Shown here one piece after another: positions 48,565 to 59,388 of a stretch of DNA of 64,000 nt (position 1 is the first letter of the stretch; the number at the start of each line of letters is the position of its first letter). The position numbers were made by a program, and so were the translations under genes. Source of the DNA: Bacteroidota bacterium (GTDB lineage Bacteria > Bacteroidota > Bacteroidia > Flavobacteriales > Flavobacteriaceae); NCBI GenBank assembly GCA_031413015.1, contig JANOEE010000016.1, positions 72,070 through 136,069 on the forward strand. Reading direction: 5' to 3'. The notes below the pieces were generated by a model. It had not been told where the DNA came from. It did no database searches and saw nothing but the letters and a program-made list of their open reading frames with translations.

Positions 48565-49293
48565 TTAATTATTTTTTTCAATATTAATGTGAAGCCCACA
48601 TTCTTTTTTTCCATTTTCCCACCACCATCTGCCCGCTCTAAAATCCTCATCTTTAGAAATGGCCCTTGTGCATGGAGCGCAACCTATACTTGGGTAACCT
48701 TTATCATAAAGTGAATTTATAGGAATGTTGTGCTGTTTTACAAAAAACGCTACATCATTTAGAGAATAATCCAGTAACGGATTGAATTTTATCAACTCAT
48801 TTTCAGCGTCCCATTCCAGAAAATTCATGTTTTCACGGTTCATTGATTGTTCGGCTCTTAAACCAGTTATCCAAAGATTAGCACCTTTAATCGCTCTTTT
48901 TAAAGGCTTAACTTTCCTAACAAAACAACATTTTTTCCTGCTTTCAACACTGTTATAAAAACCATTAATTCCATCAGAAAAAACATATTCTTTGACATCA
49001 TTTTCCTCAGGGAAAAATGTTTCAATTTTATAGTTATTATACTTTTCAATGGTTTTTTGAAAAACCTGATATGTTTCTTCAAATTGTCTTTCTGTATCTA
49101 ATGTAAAAATTGAAAATTGATCGAAATGTGGATATAAAATATGAGTCAAAAACTGATCTTCGATACCAAAAGAGGTAGAAAATACTTTTTTCCCTTCAAT
49201 TTTTTTCAACACAAATTCAATTTTATCCTCTACCGAAAACAATCTTATTTGTGTATTCCAATTATCAATTTTGTTTATAATTTCTTCGTGCAT
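48565..49293 (-). CDS. cysH: Assimilatory adenylyl-sulfate (APS)-type reductase of the CysH family
   Basis: The CC pair (KKCCFVRKVKPL) plus SIGCAPCT form the Fe-S cluster signature of APS reductases. Catalytic ECGLH is near the C-terminus. The start is the ATG at 49293, and the ORF-track start at 49311 is a TTG. Confidence 0.85.
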   Translation of the reverse strand: MHEEIINKIDNWNTQIRLFSVEDKIEFVLKKIEGKKVFSTSFGIEDQFLTHILYPHFDQFSIFTLDTERQFEETYQVFQKTIEKYNNYKIETFFPEENDVKEYVFSDGINGFYNSVESRKKCCFVRKVKPLKRAIKGANLWITGLRAEQSMNRENMNFLEWDAENELIKFNPLLDYSLNDVAFFVKQHNIPINSLYDKGYPSIGCAPCTRAISKDEDFRAGRWWWENGKKECGLHINIEKNN

Positions 49294-49358
49294 ATGATAA
49301 TTTATTTTCAAATATACTATTAGTCTATTGATTTTGTAGACTAATTGATTAATTTTTT

Positions 49359-49772
49359 TTAAAACAGTGTTAAGTCGTACAAGCTTTTATTTTCTAAAAC
49401 GCTGAGTGCGTTGTCTCTTACTTGAATCATCAATTTATTGAGCGCGCATTTTTCTTCACTAGGACAATCGGAGCATTTTTCATAAAAATTTAAACTTACA
49501 CATGGCAACAGTGCGATAGGTCCGTCAAGCACTCGAATTATAGAGGCAATTGAAATATCCTTAGCAGATTTTAAGAGATAGTATCCGCCACCTTTACCTT
49601 TTTTTGAACTTAAGATTCCGTTGTTTTTTAAGTCCAATAATATTAATTCTAAAAATTTTTTTGAGATATTTTCCTTTTCTGCAATTTCTGAAATAAGAAT
49701 AGGCACTGATTCTTGCTGTTTAGCGATATAAATCAGCGCCTTGATTCCGTATTTTGTTTTTCTCGAAAGCAC
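49359..49772 (-). CDS. Rrf2-family transcriptional regulator with a C-terminal cysteine cluster
   Basis: MLSRKTKYGIKAL N-terminal wHTH typical of Rrf2. Four Cys residues lie in LPCVSLNFYEKCSDCPSEEKC. An apparent GTG start immediately follows the stop of the upstream gene. Confidence 0.85.
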   Translation of the reverse strand: MLSRKTKYGIKALIYIAKQQESVPILISEIAEKENISKKFLELILLDLKNNGILSSKKGKGGGYYLLKSAKDISIASIIRVLDGPIALLPCVSLNFYEKCSDCPSEEKCALNKLMIQVRDNALSVLENKSLYDLTLF

Positions 49773-50708
49773 TTAATTTTTTGGTAAGAAAATTTCGGCC
49801 ATCATACATCGTGCACTACCTCCGCCACAGGCTTCTATTGTATCTAGACTTGAACTTAAAATAGTGGCATGTTTTTGCAATTGCTCCACTTGTTTTGGGG
49901 TTAAACTTAGGTGTGCGGATGTGCTCATGATCAAATACCTTTTATCATTAGCTCCGCGCAGCTCCAGCATATTCCCAGAAAAGTTATTCATTTGGTCTTC
50001 GGTGATCAAAATAATTTCTTTATTATCTGCTTTCAAATTGTCAAGCACCATTTTGCGCTCTTTTTTATCATCGATACAATCTGCACAAATTACTGCAAAA
50101 GTCTCGCCTACACACATCATTACGTTGGTGTGATAAATTAACTTTCGTTCTCCATTTACCGTTTGAAAAGCCTCAAAAATGATTGGACTCATATCAAAAT
50201 CTTCGCAAAACTCTATGAATAATTCTTCATCAGCACGGGGCGACAATGCGCAATAAGCTTTACCATTTGTTCTATCAAGCACTAAACTCCCTGTTCCTTC
50301 AAGATAAAAACCATCTTGCTCTGCCTCAGTATAATCTACAATATTTTGGATTTCAAATCCTTTTTCTTCTAATAAATCAAGAATTTCTTCTCGGCGTTCT
50401 GACCTTCTATTCTCGGCAAACATAGGATACAAAACTACATCTGCATTTTCATGCAACGAGATCCAATTATTAGGAAAAATAGAATCTGGAGTATCTGGGT
50501 TTAAAGTACTATCGATAACAGTTACATCAATCCCCACTGCTGTTAATTTCTCTACAAAAGTGTCAAACTCTTGTTGTGCTTTTGCATTTACAGTTGCTGG
50601 TAATAATCCGTCAAGTACCTTTTGATAGTAATTATTTACTGCAGTTTGCTCATTCATTCTAAACGCAACTGGACGAATCATGAATATAGCATTTGTTGTT
50701 TGTCTCAT
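49773..50708 (-). CDS. Amidinotransferase / arginine-deiminase-related hydrolase of the guanidino-modifying (GME) superfamily (CtlX-like)
   Basis: 311 aa. C-terminal GGGSARCM carries the superfamily catalytic Cys. The N-terminal FMIRP...F start is typical. Confidence 0.7.
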   Translation of the reverse strand: MRQTTNAIFMIRPVAFRMNEQTAVNNYYQKVLDGLLPATVNAKAQQEFDTFVEKLTAVGIDVTVIDSTLNPDTPDSIFPNNWISLHENADVVLYPMFAENRRSERREEILDLLEEKGFEIQNIVDYTEAEQDGFYLEGTGSLVLDRTNGKAYCALSPRADEELFIEFCEDFDMSPIIFEAFQTVNGERKLIYHTNVMMCVGETFAVICADCIDDKKERKMVLDNLKADNKEIILITEDQMNNFSGNMLELRGANDKRYLIMSTSAHLSLTPKQVEQLQKHATILSSSLDTIEACGGGSARCMMAEIFLPKN

Positions 50709-50774
50709 TTTATATTTGGTTTAAAGTTTAAAGTCTAAAGTTGGAAATCATACAACTTCTAACCTTCAACAATT

Positions 50775-51689
50775 TTAATCTCTAATTAATGGCAATGTAG
50801 AACATCTTAAAAGACCTTCTTGTTTAGCAATTTCTGCGTAAGGAATTTCTTCGACGGTGAATCCGTTTTCTCGCAACCAAGCATTCAATCTGGTAAACTT
50901 TTTTTCAGAAACTACGACATCTGGCGCTATTGAAAATACATTAGAATTCATGTTGTACATTTCATCTCTGGTGATGTGAAAAAGATTTTCAAGGCCAAAA
51001 AGGTTTATCAAATACAAATAATCTGACTCTTCACGAAAACCGCTTTTGTAAATTATTCCTTTGTCATTTCCTACTGGTTGAAAGCAACAGTCTAAATGCA
51101 GCGCATTATCACGGGCTTCAATTTTTGACTTGACTAAGTCGAATTCTTTTACAATTTTATGAGGAAATAATTCTTTTATATAATTTACACCATGCATATT
51201 TGTTCGTGCAGTGATGTAGTTTTTATAGTCGCTTCCTTTATAAGTACCTATGAAAATATAATCGTTCCATAACATCACATCTCCACCTTCGATATGAACT
51301 TCTTCGGGTGGACGCACCACTTTTAAAGGGTCAATTTGATCTGTAACATATCTAATTGCATCAAGTTCTCTTTCTCTATCTGGAAGGATATTGGCTTTGA
51401 TAAAAGTATCATCAATAACAAAACCGATGTCTCGAGTAAAAATTTGGTTGTAATTTTCAATCATTTCAGGACGAAAAACCTTGACATCATATTTTTTAAA
51501 AACCTGATTAAAGGCCTCCATTTCTATCACCATGTCTGGTTCGAGGGGATACGTTCCTGCTACTATATGTTCTAGTGATTTAGGATCATATGCTTCATCA
51601 ATTAAAGGTGTTGGACCATTATTTATTGCTGATCCTAAGACTACTGCTCTTAATCTAGAGGTTTCATTTTTTACATTAATTTGTAGCAT
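50775..51689 (-). CDS. Dimethylarginine dimethylaminohydrolase / arginine deiminase-family protein
   Basis: GME-superfamily pattern (FTRD, HLD, C-terminal GLLRCST catalytic Cys). The ATG at 51689 is preferred over the TTG at 51713. Confidence 0.7.
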   Translation of the reverse strand: MLQINVKNETSRLRAVVLGSAINNGPTPLIDEAYDPKSLEHIVAGTYPLEPDMVIEMEAFNQVFKKYDVKVFRPEMIENYNQIFTRDIGFVIDDTFIKANILPDRERELDAIRYVTDQIDPLKVVRPPEEVHIEGGDVMLWNDYIFIGTYKGSDYKNYITARTNMHGVNYIKELFPHKIVKEFDLVKSKIEARDNALHLDCCFQPVGNDKGIIYKSGFREESDYLYLINLFGLENLFHITRDEMYNMNSNVFSIAPDVVVSEKKFTRLNAWLRENGFTVEEIPYAEIAKQEGLLRCSTLPLIRD

Positions 51690-51714
51690 ACAGTTGCTTT
51701 TGGCTTTCGACAAA

Positions 51715-51748
51715 GATAAAAAAGCTTCCCAATTAAGAGAAGCTTTTT
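51715..51748 (-). terminator. Candidate terminator after gltA
   Basis: Stem aaagcttc / gaagcttt with a 10-nt loop, followed by a T-rich run on the minus strand. Confidence 0.5.
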
Positions 51749-51768
51749 ACAATTATAAATCGAATTAA

Positions 51769-53052
51769 TTATCTTTTATCAACCGTTTTGAAAGCTCTTA
51801 AAGGATGTCCCGTGTAAACTTGTCTTGGTCTTCCGATAGGTTCTTTGTTTTCGCGCATTTCTTTCCATTGTGCTATCCAACCCGGAAGTCTTCCGATGGC
51901 GAATAATACAGTGAACATATCTGTAGGAATTCCTAAAGCACGGTAAATAATTCCAGAATAGAAATCAACGTTTGGGTATAATTTTCTAGAAACAAAATAT
52001 TCATCTACAAGTGCTGATTCTTCTAATTTTTTCGCAATGTTTAGAATAGGATCATTAACTCCTAAAGTTGCAAGCACTTCATCGGCTGCTTTTTTAATAA
52101 TTTTTGCTCTAGGGTCAAAATTTTTGTAAACTCTGTGACCAAATCCCATTAAACGGAATGGATCTTCTTTGTCTTTGGCTTTAGCCAAATATTTATCTGC
52201 ATCACCACCATTTTTTTGAATTTCTTCAAGCATTTCTAAAACTGCTTGATTTGCTCCACCGTGAAGTGGTCCCCAAAGTGCTGATACACCTGCCGAAATT
52301 GAGGCAAACAATCCTGCGTGAGACGATCCAACCATTCTTACTGTTGATGTAGAACAGTTTTGCTCATGGTCTGCGTGAAGTATAAATAATTTATCTAGAG
52401 CAGCGACTACAACTGGATTTGAACTGTATGGTCCTGTAGGCAATTCAAACATCAATCTCATGAAGTTTTCTACATAACCTTTAGTATTGTCATAATAATT
52501 CAAAGGAAAACCTGATGCTTTTCTAAATGTCCATGTTGCAAGAACTAGGAATTTACCCATAGTTTTACAAACCGCTTCGTACATTTCTTTTTCGTTCTCT
52601 ACATTAACTACTTTTGGGTTAAAAGCCGTTAAAGCACTTGTAAGTGAAGACAAAACCCCCATAGGATGAGCTGTTTTAGGAAAACCATCAATGATGTTTT
52701 TCATTTCTTCATTTACTAAAGTGTACTTTCTGATATCATTTTCAAACTGTTCTAATTGTTTCGCGGTAGGCAACTCTCCAAAGATAACTAGGTAAGAAAC
52801 TTCAAGAAAATTGGCTTTTTCTGCTAAATCTTCAATTGAATAACCTCTGTATCGCAAAATACCTTCTTCTCCGTCAAGGAAAGTAATATTGCTTGAACAT
52901 GAACCTGAGTTTTTATAACCAGGATCCATTGTTATTGCTCCGGTTAAGTCTCTTAATTTATTGACATCGATAGCAACTTCATTTTCAGTTCCTACAATAA
53001 TTGGAAGTTCATATTTCTTGCCATCTAATTCTAATATTGCTGTTTTTGACAT
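51769..53052 (-). CDS. gltA: Citrate synthase (type II)
   Basis: 427 aa. Motifs LHADHEQN and GFGHRVYK. Confidence 0.95.
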   Translation of the reverse strand: MSKTAILELDGKKYELPIIVGTENEVAIDVNKLRDLTGAITMDPGYKNSGSCSSNITFLDGEEGILRYRGYSIEDLAEKANFLEVSYLVIFGELPTAKQLEQFENDIRKYTLVNEEMKNIIDGFPKTAHPMGVLSSLTSALTAFNPKVVNVENEKEMYEAVCKTMGKFLVLATWTFRKASGFPLNYYDNTKGYVENFMRLMFELPTGPYSSNPVVVAALDKLFILHADHEQNCSTSTVRMVGSSHAGLFASISAGVSALWGPLHGGANQAVLEMLEEIQKNGGDADKYLAKAKDKEDPFRLMGFGHRVYKNFDPRAKIIKKAADEVLATLGVNDPILNIAKKLEESALVDEYFVSRKLYPNVDFYSGIIYRALGIPTDMFTVLFAIGRLPGWIAQWKEMRENKEPIGRPRQVYTGHPLRAFKTVDKR

Positions 53053-53235
53053 AATATATGTGGTGATTTTTCTTGTGAAATTAAAATTTTAACAAATTTA
53101 AGTAATTTAACAATAAATAAAAAGGGAAAGAGGTAACGTTTTCGTTAATTAAATTATAAAAAGTGCAAAATTAATATACACAATACCAAAAAATCAATAA
53201 AATCATTTCAAAAATAAAATAAAACCACAAGGCAC

Positions 53236-53270
53236 AAAAAACCCATAGCTTATATGACTATGGGGTTTTT
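53236..53270 (-). terminator. Rho-independent terminator after eno
   Basis: Stem cccatag / ctatggg flanked by A6 and T5 runs. Confidence 0.6.
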
Positions 53271-53291
53271 AAAACTATATAACATGGGTTT

Positions 53292-54596
<1,305 letters not shown>

Positions 54597-54673
54597 TTAT
54601 TGTTGAATTACAAATATATTGTATCTTAAATAATGATTCTATTAAAAAAAGGAATCTTATTAACGATAACGTT

Positions 54674-55783
54674 TTAGCTATTTGAAGATTTTATATTTTC
54701 GATAAATTGATCAAATAAATAAGATGAATCATGTGGTCCAGGACTTGCTTCTGGATGGTATTGCACTGAAAAACATTTTTTACTCTTCATTCGCATGCCT
54801 GCAACTGTATGGTCATTAATATGTTCATGCGTGATTTCAAAATCAGGATGACTCATCAACTCTTCTTTATTTATAGCGAATCCATGATTTTGAGAAGTGA
54901 CTTCTCCTTTTCCAGTAATTAAATTCATTACAGGATGATTGATGCCACGATGACCATTGAACATTTTATAAGTAGCGATCCCGTTAGCCAATCCAATTAT
55001 CTGGTGACCAAGACAAATGCCAAATACTGGTTTGTTTTTATCAATAATTTCTTTTGCAACTTGGATTGCATTAGAAAGCGGTTCAGGATCTCCAGGTCCG
55101 TTTGATAAAAAATAACCATCTGGTTTAAAAGTTGACATCTCATTATAATTGGTGTCAAAAGGAAAAACTTTGATGTAACAATCTCTTTTTGCAAGATTAC
55201 GCAGGATGTTTTTTTTGATTCCTAAATCAAGTGCCGCTATTTTATATGTTGCATTTTCGTTTCCAAAAAAATAAGGTGTTGCAGTTGAAACTTTTGAAGC
55301 CAACTCAAGACCTTCCATATCTGGAACATTTGATAATGCGATCTTTAAATCTTCAATTGATGTGCCATCGGTGCAAATTACAGCATTCATTGCTCCGTTG
55401 TCTCGAATATAGCTTACTAAAGCACGGGTATCAACATCAGAAATACAGATTAAGTTTTGTTTCTTAAAATAACCTTCAAGACTTTCTGAAGCATCAGGAC
55501 GAGAATAATTAAAGCTAAAATTTTTACAAACCAATCCGGAAATTTTAATACTTTCTGATTCTACTTCATTTTCATTGACACCATAATTACCAATATGTGG
55601 ATTTGTAGCAACCATAATTTGTCCAAAATAAGAAGGGTCAGTAAAAATTTCCTGATAACCTGTCATTCCAGTATTAAAGCACACCTCACCGAAAGTAGTT
55701 CCTGAAATTCCGATAGATTTACCATGAAAAATAGTACCGTCACTTAATAATAAAAGCGCTTTATCTCGTGTTGTGTATTTCAT
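54674..55783 (-). CDS. carA: Carbamoyl-phosphate synthase small (glutaminase) subunit
   Basis: FGICLGHQ catalytic Cys motif and the HPE triad region, 369 aa. Confidence 0.95.
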   Translation of the reverse strand: MKYTTRDKALLLLSDGTIFHGKSIGISGTTFGEVCFNTGMTGYQEIFTDPSYFGQIMVATNPHIGNYGVNENEVESESIKISGLVCKNFSFNYSRPDASESLEGYFKKQNLICISDVDTRALVSYIRDNGAMNAVICTDGTSIEDLKIALSNVPDMEGLELASKVSTATPYFFGNENATYKIAALDLGIKKNILRNLAKRDCYIKVFPFDTNYNEMSTFKPDGYFLSNGPGDPEPLSNAIQVAKEIIDKNKPVFGICLGHQIIGLANGIATYKMFNGHRGINHPVMNLITGKGEVTSQNHGFAINKEELMSHPDFEITHEHINDHTVAGMRMKSKKCFSVQYHPEASPGPHDSSYLFDQFIENIKSSNS

Positions 55784-55931
55784 TGTTTAGAAATATGTAG
55801 TTAGTTGTTATGCAAATTTAAATATTTAAAGCAAAAGTAGCTATGAACATTATTAAAGTTATTTTTCTTATTCGATTTAAAAGAAAATAAATTTAAGATA
55901 GATGTCCATATTCTTTACTTCAAAAAGAAAC

Positions 55932-55964
55932 AAAAAAAAAGGACAAACTAATAAAAGTTTATCC
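55932..55964 (-). terminator. Rho-independent terminator after rplQ
   Basis: 9-bp stem ggataaact / agtttgtcc (one G-U pair) followed by T9 on the minus strand. Confidence 0.65.
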
Positions 55965-55991
55965 TTGATTTGTATTGAGAATTGAAAATCA

Positions 55992-56498
55992 TTATTCAGC
56001 AGTTGGTTTTTCTTCCTCGCTACCACTAGCTTCGGTAGTTTCAGCAACTGGAGCTTCATGAGATCCTTCTTCTTTTTTAGCTTTACCACCACGACGGCTT
56101 TTTGCTTTTTTAACTTCTTTTTTACCACCGTTGTAAATTTCGTTAAAATCTACTAATTCGATCATCGCCATATCAGCATTATCTCCTAAACGATTTCCTA
56201 CTTTAATTATACGAGTGTAACCACCTGGACGATCACCAACCTTAGCTGCGACGTCTCTGAACAAGTCAGTTACTGCATATTTGCTTCGTAAGTAAGCGAA
56301 AACGATACGACGATTGTGAGTAGTATCATCTTTAGATTTAGTTATAAGCGGCTCAACAAATTGTTTAAGTGCTTTTGCTTTAGCGACAGTAGTATTAATA
56401 CGTTTGTGCTCAATAAGAGAACAAGCCATATTAGCTAACATAGCTGCTCTATGTCCTTTCTGTCTGCTTAAGTGATTGAATTTTTTTCCGTGTCTCAT
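55992..56498 (-). CDS. rplQ: 50S ribosomal protein L17 with a Lys/Glu-rich C-terminal tail
   Basis: [17 protein letters not shown] start, and position after rpoA. Confidence 0.95.
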   Translation of the reverse strand: MRHGKKFNHLSRQKGHRAAMLANMACSLIEHKRINTTVAKAKALKQFVEPLITKSKDDTTHNRRIVFAYLRSKYAVTDLFRDVAAKVGDRPGGYTRIIKVGNRLGDNADMAMIELVDFNEIYNGGKKEVKKAKSRRGGKAKKEEGSHEAPVAETTEASGSEEEKPTAE

Positions 56499-56562
56499 GA
56501 CGTGCTTTTTTTAAACCTTCATCTTGCTACGATTCTCTTTGAAGAGCAAAATATGAAGTGGT

Positions 56563-57555
56563 TTATTCTTTATCTAATTTGTATTTTGCTAAGTCCATCC
56601 CAAAGGTTAAATTTTTAATAGCTACTAGTTCATCTAGCTCTGTTAAAGATTTTTTACCGAAATTACGGAATTTCATCAGGTCGTTTTTATTGAAAGATAC
56701 TAAATCTCCAAGTGTATCAACTTCAGCCGCTTTTAAACAATTTAATGCTCTAACTGATAAATCCATATCAACAAGCTTCGTTTTAAGCAATTGTCTCATA
56801 TGTAATGATTCCTCATCGTAAGATTCAGTTTGTGCAATTTCATCAGCCTCAAGTGTAATTCTTTCGTCAGAAAACAACATAAAGTGGTGAATTAACACTT
56901 TTGCAGCTTCAGTCAGAGCATCTTTAGGATTAATAGATCCATCAGTTTTTATTTCAAAAACTAATTTTTCATAATCTGTTTTTTGCTCTACACGAAAGTT
57001 TTCAATAGCATACTTAACATTTTTCACAGGAGTAAAAATTGAGTCAGTAAATATTGTTCCTATCGCTGCATTTTGTTTTTTGTTTTCCTCTGCAGGAACA
57101 TAACCTCTACCTTTTTCGATTGTTAATTCGAAATTTAGGTTGATTTTACTATCAAGATTACAGATCACAAGTTCTGGATTCAAAACTTGAAAACCTGAAA
57201 TGTATTTTTGAAAATCACCAGCTGTAAGTTGGTCTTTGCCAGAAACAGAAATAGTAACAGCTTCATTATCTACGTCTTCAATCTGGCGCTTAAAACGTAC
57301 TTGTTTAAGGTTAAGAATGATTTCTGTAACGTCTTCAACAACTCCTGAGATAGTAGAAAATTCGTGGTCTACACCTTCAATTCTAACAGATGTTATTGCA
57401 TATCCTTCTAAAGCGGAAAGCAAAACTCTTCTAAGTGCATTACCAACAGTCAATCCATAACCAGGTTCTAAAGGTCTAAATTCAAATTTACCTTCAAAAT
57501 CGGTTGAATCGATCATGATAACTTTATCGGGCTTCTGAAAATTAAATATTGCCAT
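56563..57555 (-). CDS. rpoA: DNA-directed RNA polymerase alpha subunit
   Basis: 330 aa. N-terminal dimerisation domain, and a C-terminal domain with [10 protein letters not shown]. Confidence 0.97.
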   Translation of the reverse strand: MAIFNFQKPDKVIMIDSTDFEGKFEFRPLEPGYGLTVGNALRRVLLSALEGYAITSVRIEGVDHEFSTISGVVEDVTEIILNLKQVRFKRQIEDVDNEAVTISVSGKDQLTAGDFQKYISGFQVLNPELVICNLDSKINLNFELTIEKGRGYVPAEENKKQNAAIGTIFTDSIFTPVKNVKYAIENFRVEQKTDYEKLVFEIKTDGSINPKDALTEAAKVLIHHFMLFSDERITLEADEIAQTESYDEESLHMRQLLKTKLVDMDLSVRALNCLKAAEVDTLGDLVSFNKNDLMKFRNFGKKSLTELDELVAIKNLTFGMDLAKYKLDKE

Positions 57556-57575
57556 AATTTCGACTAAGTCAATTA

Positions 57576-58181
57576 TTATTTGTTGTACAATTCGACGATT
57601 AGTTGTTCTTTAATGTTTTCTGGAATTTGAAGTCTAGCAGGAACAGTAACAAACGTGCCTGATTTAGTATCATTATTCCAAGTAATCCACTCATATACAT
57701 GACTAGAATTTGATAAAGAACGTTCGATTGCTTCTAATGATTTAGATTTTTCACGAACAGCAACAACATCACCAGGCTTCAAGTGGTATGAAGGAATATT
57801 TACATTTTCACCATTAACGGTTACGTGTCTGTGAGAAACGATTTGACGCGCACCTCTTCTAGATGGAGCGATACCCATTCTAAAAACTACATTGTCTAAT
57901 CTTGCTTCACACAATTGTAAAAGAACCTCACCAGTAACACCTTTCGTAGCTGATGCTTTTTCGAATAAGTTTCTGAATTGTTTTTCTAAAATCCCATAAG
58001 AATATTTAGCTTTTTGCTTTTCCATTAACTGGACTGCATATTCAGATTTTTTTCCTCTTTTTTTAGCCATCCCGTGTTGTCCAGGAGGATAATTTCTTCT
58101 TTCGAATGATTTATCATCTCCGAAAATTGCTTCGCCGAATTTACGTGCGATTCTTGTACTTGGACCAGTATATCTTGCCAT
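57576..58181 (-). CDS. rpsD: 30S ribosomal protein S4
   Basis: [17 protein letters not shown] start and an S4 RNA-binding domain. Confidence 0.97.
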   Translation of the reverse strand: MARYTGPSTRIARKFGEAIFGDDKSFERRNYPPGQHGMAKKRGKKSEYAVQLMEKQKAKYSYGILEKQFRNLFEKASATKGVTGEVLLQLCEARLDNVVFRMGIAPSRRGARQIVSHRHVTVNGENVNIPSYHLKPGDVVAVREKSKSLEAIERSLSNSSHVYEWITWNNDTKSGTFVTVPARLQIPENIKEQLIVELYNK

Positions 58182-58271
58182 TTTAAATTTTTTAAGATAG
58201 AGATTATGAATTCAGGTCTTATCCTTCGATAATCTATATTCCATCTTGGTTATACTATAAAAATTTGAGTA

Positions 58272-58655
58272 TTAAACTCTACGTCTTTTAGGAGGACGAC
58301 ATCCGTTGTGTGGCATTGGAGTAACATCAATAATTTCTGTTACTTCAATTCCTGAATTATGTAATGAACGAATTGCAGACTCACGTCCGTTTCCTGGTCC
58401 TTTTACATACACTTTTACTTTTTTAAGCCCTGTTTCCAATGCAACTTTACTACAATCTTCTGCTGCCATTTGAGCTGCATATGGAGTATTCTTTTTAGAA
58501 CCTCTAAAGCCCATTTTACCAGCTGAAGACCAGGAAATAACTTCACCTTTCTTGTTTGTCAAAGAAATAATGATGTTGTTAAAAGTAGCACTTATGTGCG
58601 CCTCTCCTGTTGATTCAACAATAACTTTACGTTTTTTTGTACTTGCCTTAGCCAT
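58272..58655 (-). CDS. rpsK: 30S ribosomal protein S11
   Basis: [14 protein letters not shown] and the [11 protein letters not shown] ending. Confidence 0.97.
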   Translation of the reverse strand: MAKASTKKRKVIVESTGEAHISATFNNIIISLTNKKGEVISWSSAGKMGFRGSKKNTPYAAQMAAEDCSKVALETGLKKVKVYVKGPGNGRESAIRSLHNSGIEVTEIIDVTPMPHNGCRPPKRRRV

Positions 58656-58663
58656 ACTACTTA

Positions 58664-59038
58664 TTATTTAGTTGCTTTTTTCTTGTTGGCAACAGTTTTT
58701 CTCTTACCTTTTCTTGTTCTAGAGTTGTTTTTAGTTCTTTGTCCTCTTAAAGGAAGACCAGATCTATGACGTATACCTCTATAACATCCAATGTCCATAA
58801 GGCGTTTGATGTTTAAAGAAACTTCTGAACGCAATTCTCCTTCGATTTTGAATGTTGATACAGCGTCACGAATTGCTCCGATCTCGTCATCATTCCAATC
58901 TTGAACTTTTTTGTCCTCACTAACTTGTGCTTTAGCCAATATTTCTATTGCTCTGCTTCTTCCTAATCCAAAGATATAGGTAAGTGCAATAACACCTCTC
59001 TTATTTTTTGGGATATCTACCCCTGCTATTCTTGCCAT
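58664..59038 (-). CDS. rpsM: 30S ribosomal protein S13
   Basis: [10 protein letters not shown] start, [14 protein letters not shown]. Confidence 0.97.
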   Translation of the reverse strand: MARIAGVDIPKNKRGVIALTYIFGLGRSRAIEILAKAQVSEDKKVQDWNDDEIGAIRDAVSTFKIEGELRSEVSLNIKRLMDIGCYRGIRHRSGLPLRGQRTKNNSRTRKGKRKTVANKKKATK

Positions 59039-59040
59039 AA

Positions 59041-59157
59041 CTATCCTTGTCTTTGTTTAAATCTAGGATTCTTTTTGTTAATCACATATAATCTGCCTTT
59101 TCTGCGCACAATTTTGCACTCGGCACTTCTCTTTTTTACTGAAGCTCTAACTTTCAT
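59041..59157 (-). CDS. rpmJ: 50S ribosomal protein L36 (Cys-poor, zinc-independent type)
   Basis: Not in the ORF track. My translation of the minus strand gives [38 protein letters not shown] followed by TAG. It lies between infA and rpsM, as expected. Confidence 0.9.
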   Translation of the reverse strand: MKVRASVKKRSAECKIVRRKGRLYVINKKNPRFKQRQG

Positions 59158-59169
59158 TTTAAGTGTCCT

Positions 59170-59385
59170 TTAATATCTGTAAGTAATTCTTGCTTTAGAT
59201 AAATCATAAGGGCTCATTTCTAATTTCACTTTATCACCAGGTAATAATTTGATATAATGCATACGCATTTTTCCAGAAATATGAGCAATTACAATATGTC
59301 CGTTTTCTAATTCTACACGGAACATCGCATTTGACAATGCTTCGATGATTGATCCGTCTTGTTCTATTGCTGATTGTTTAGCCAT
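59170..59385 (-). CDS. infA: Translation initiation factor IF-1
   Basis: 71 aa, S1-like fold. [25 protein letters not shown]. Confidence 0.97.
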   Translation of the reverse strand: MAKQSAIEQDGSIIEALSNAMFRVELENGHIVIAHISGKMRMHYIKLLPGDKVKLEMSPYDLSKARITYRY

Positions 59386-59388
59386 AAA

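Noticed and set aside
55992-56130. Lys/Glu/Ala-rich C-terminal tail on L17, and the overlapping Lys-rich 83-aa ORF at 55877-56128.
   Set aside because: Charged tails on ribosomal proteins are common lineage-specific extensions. The overlapping ORF is an alternative-frame artefact that runs through the rplQ terminator.
59386-59388. secY is followed directly by infA, with no adk or map gene between them.
   Set aside because: As far as I recall this is the usual arrangement in Bacteroidota, not a deletion. No remnant sequence is present.
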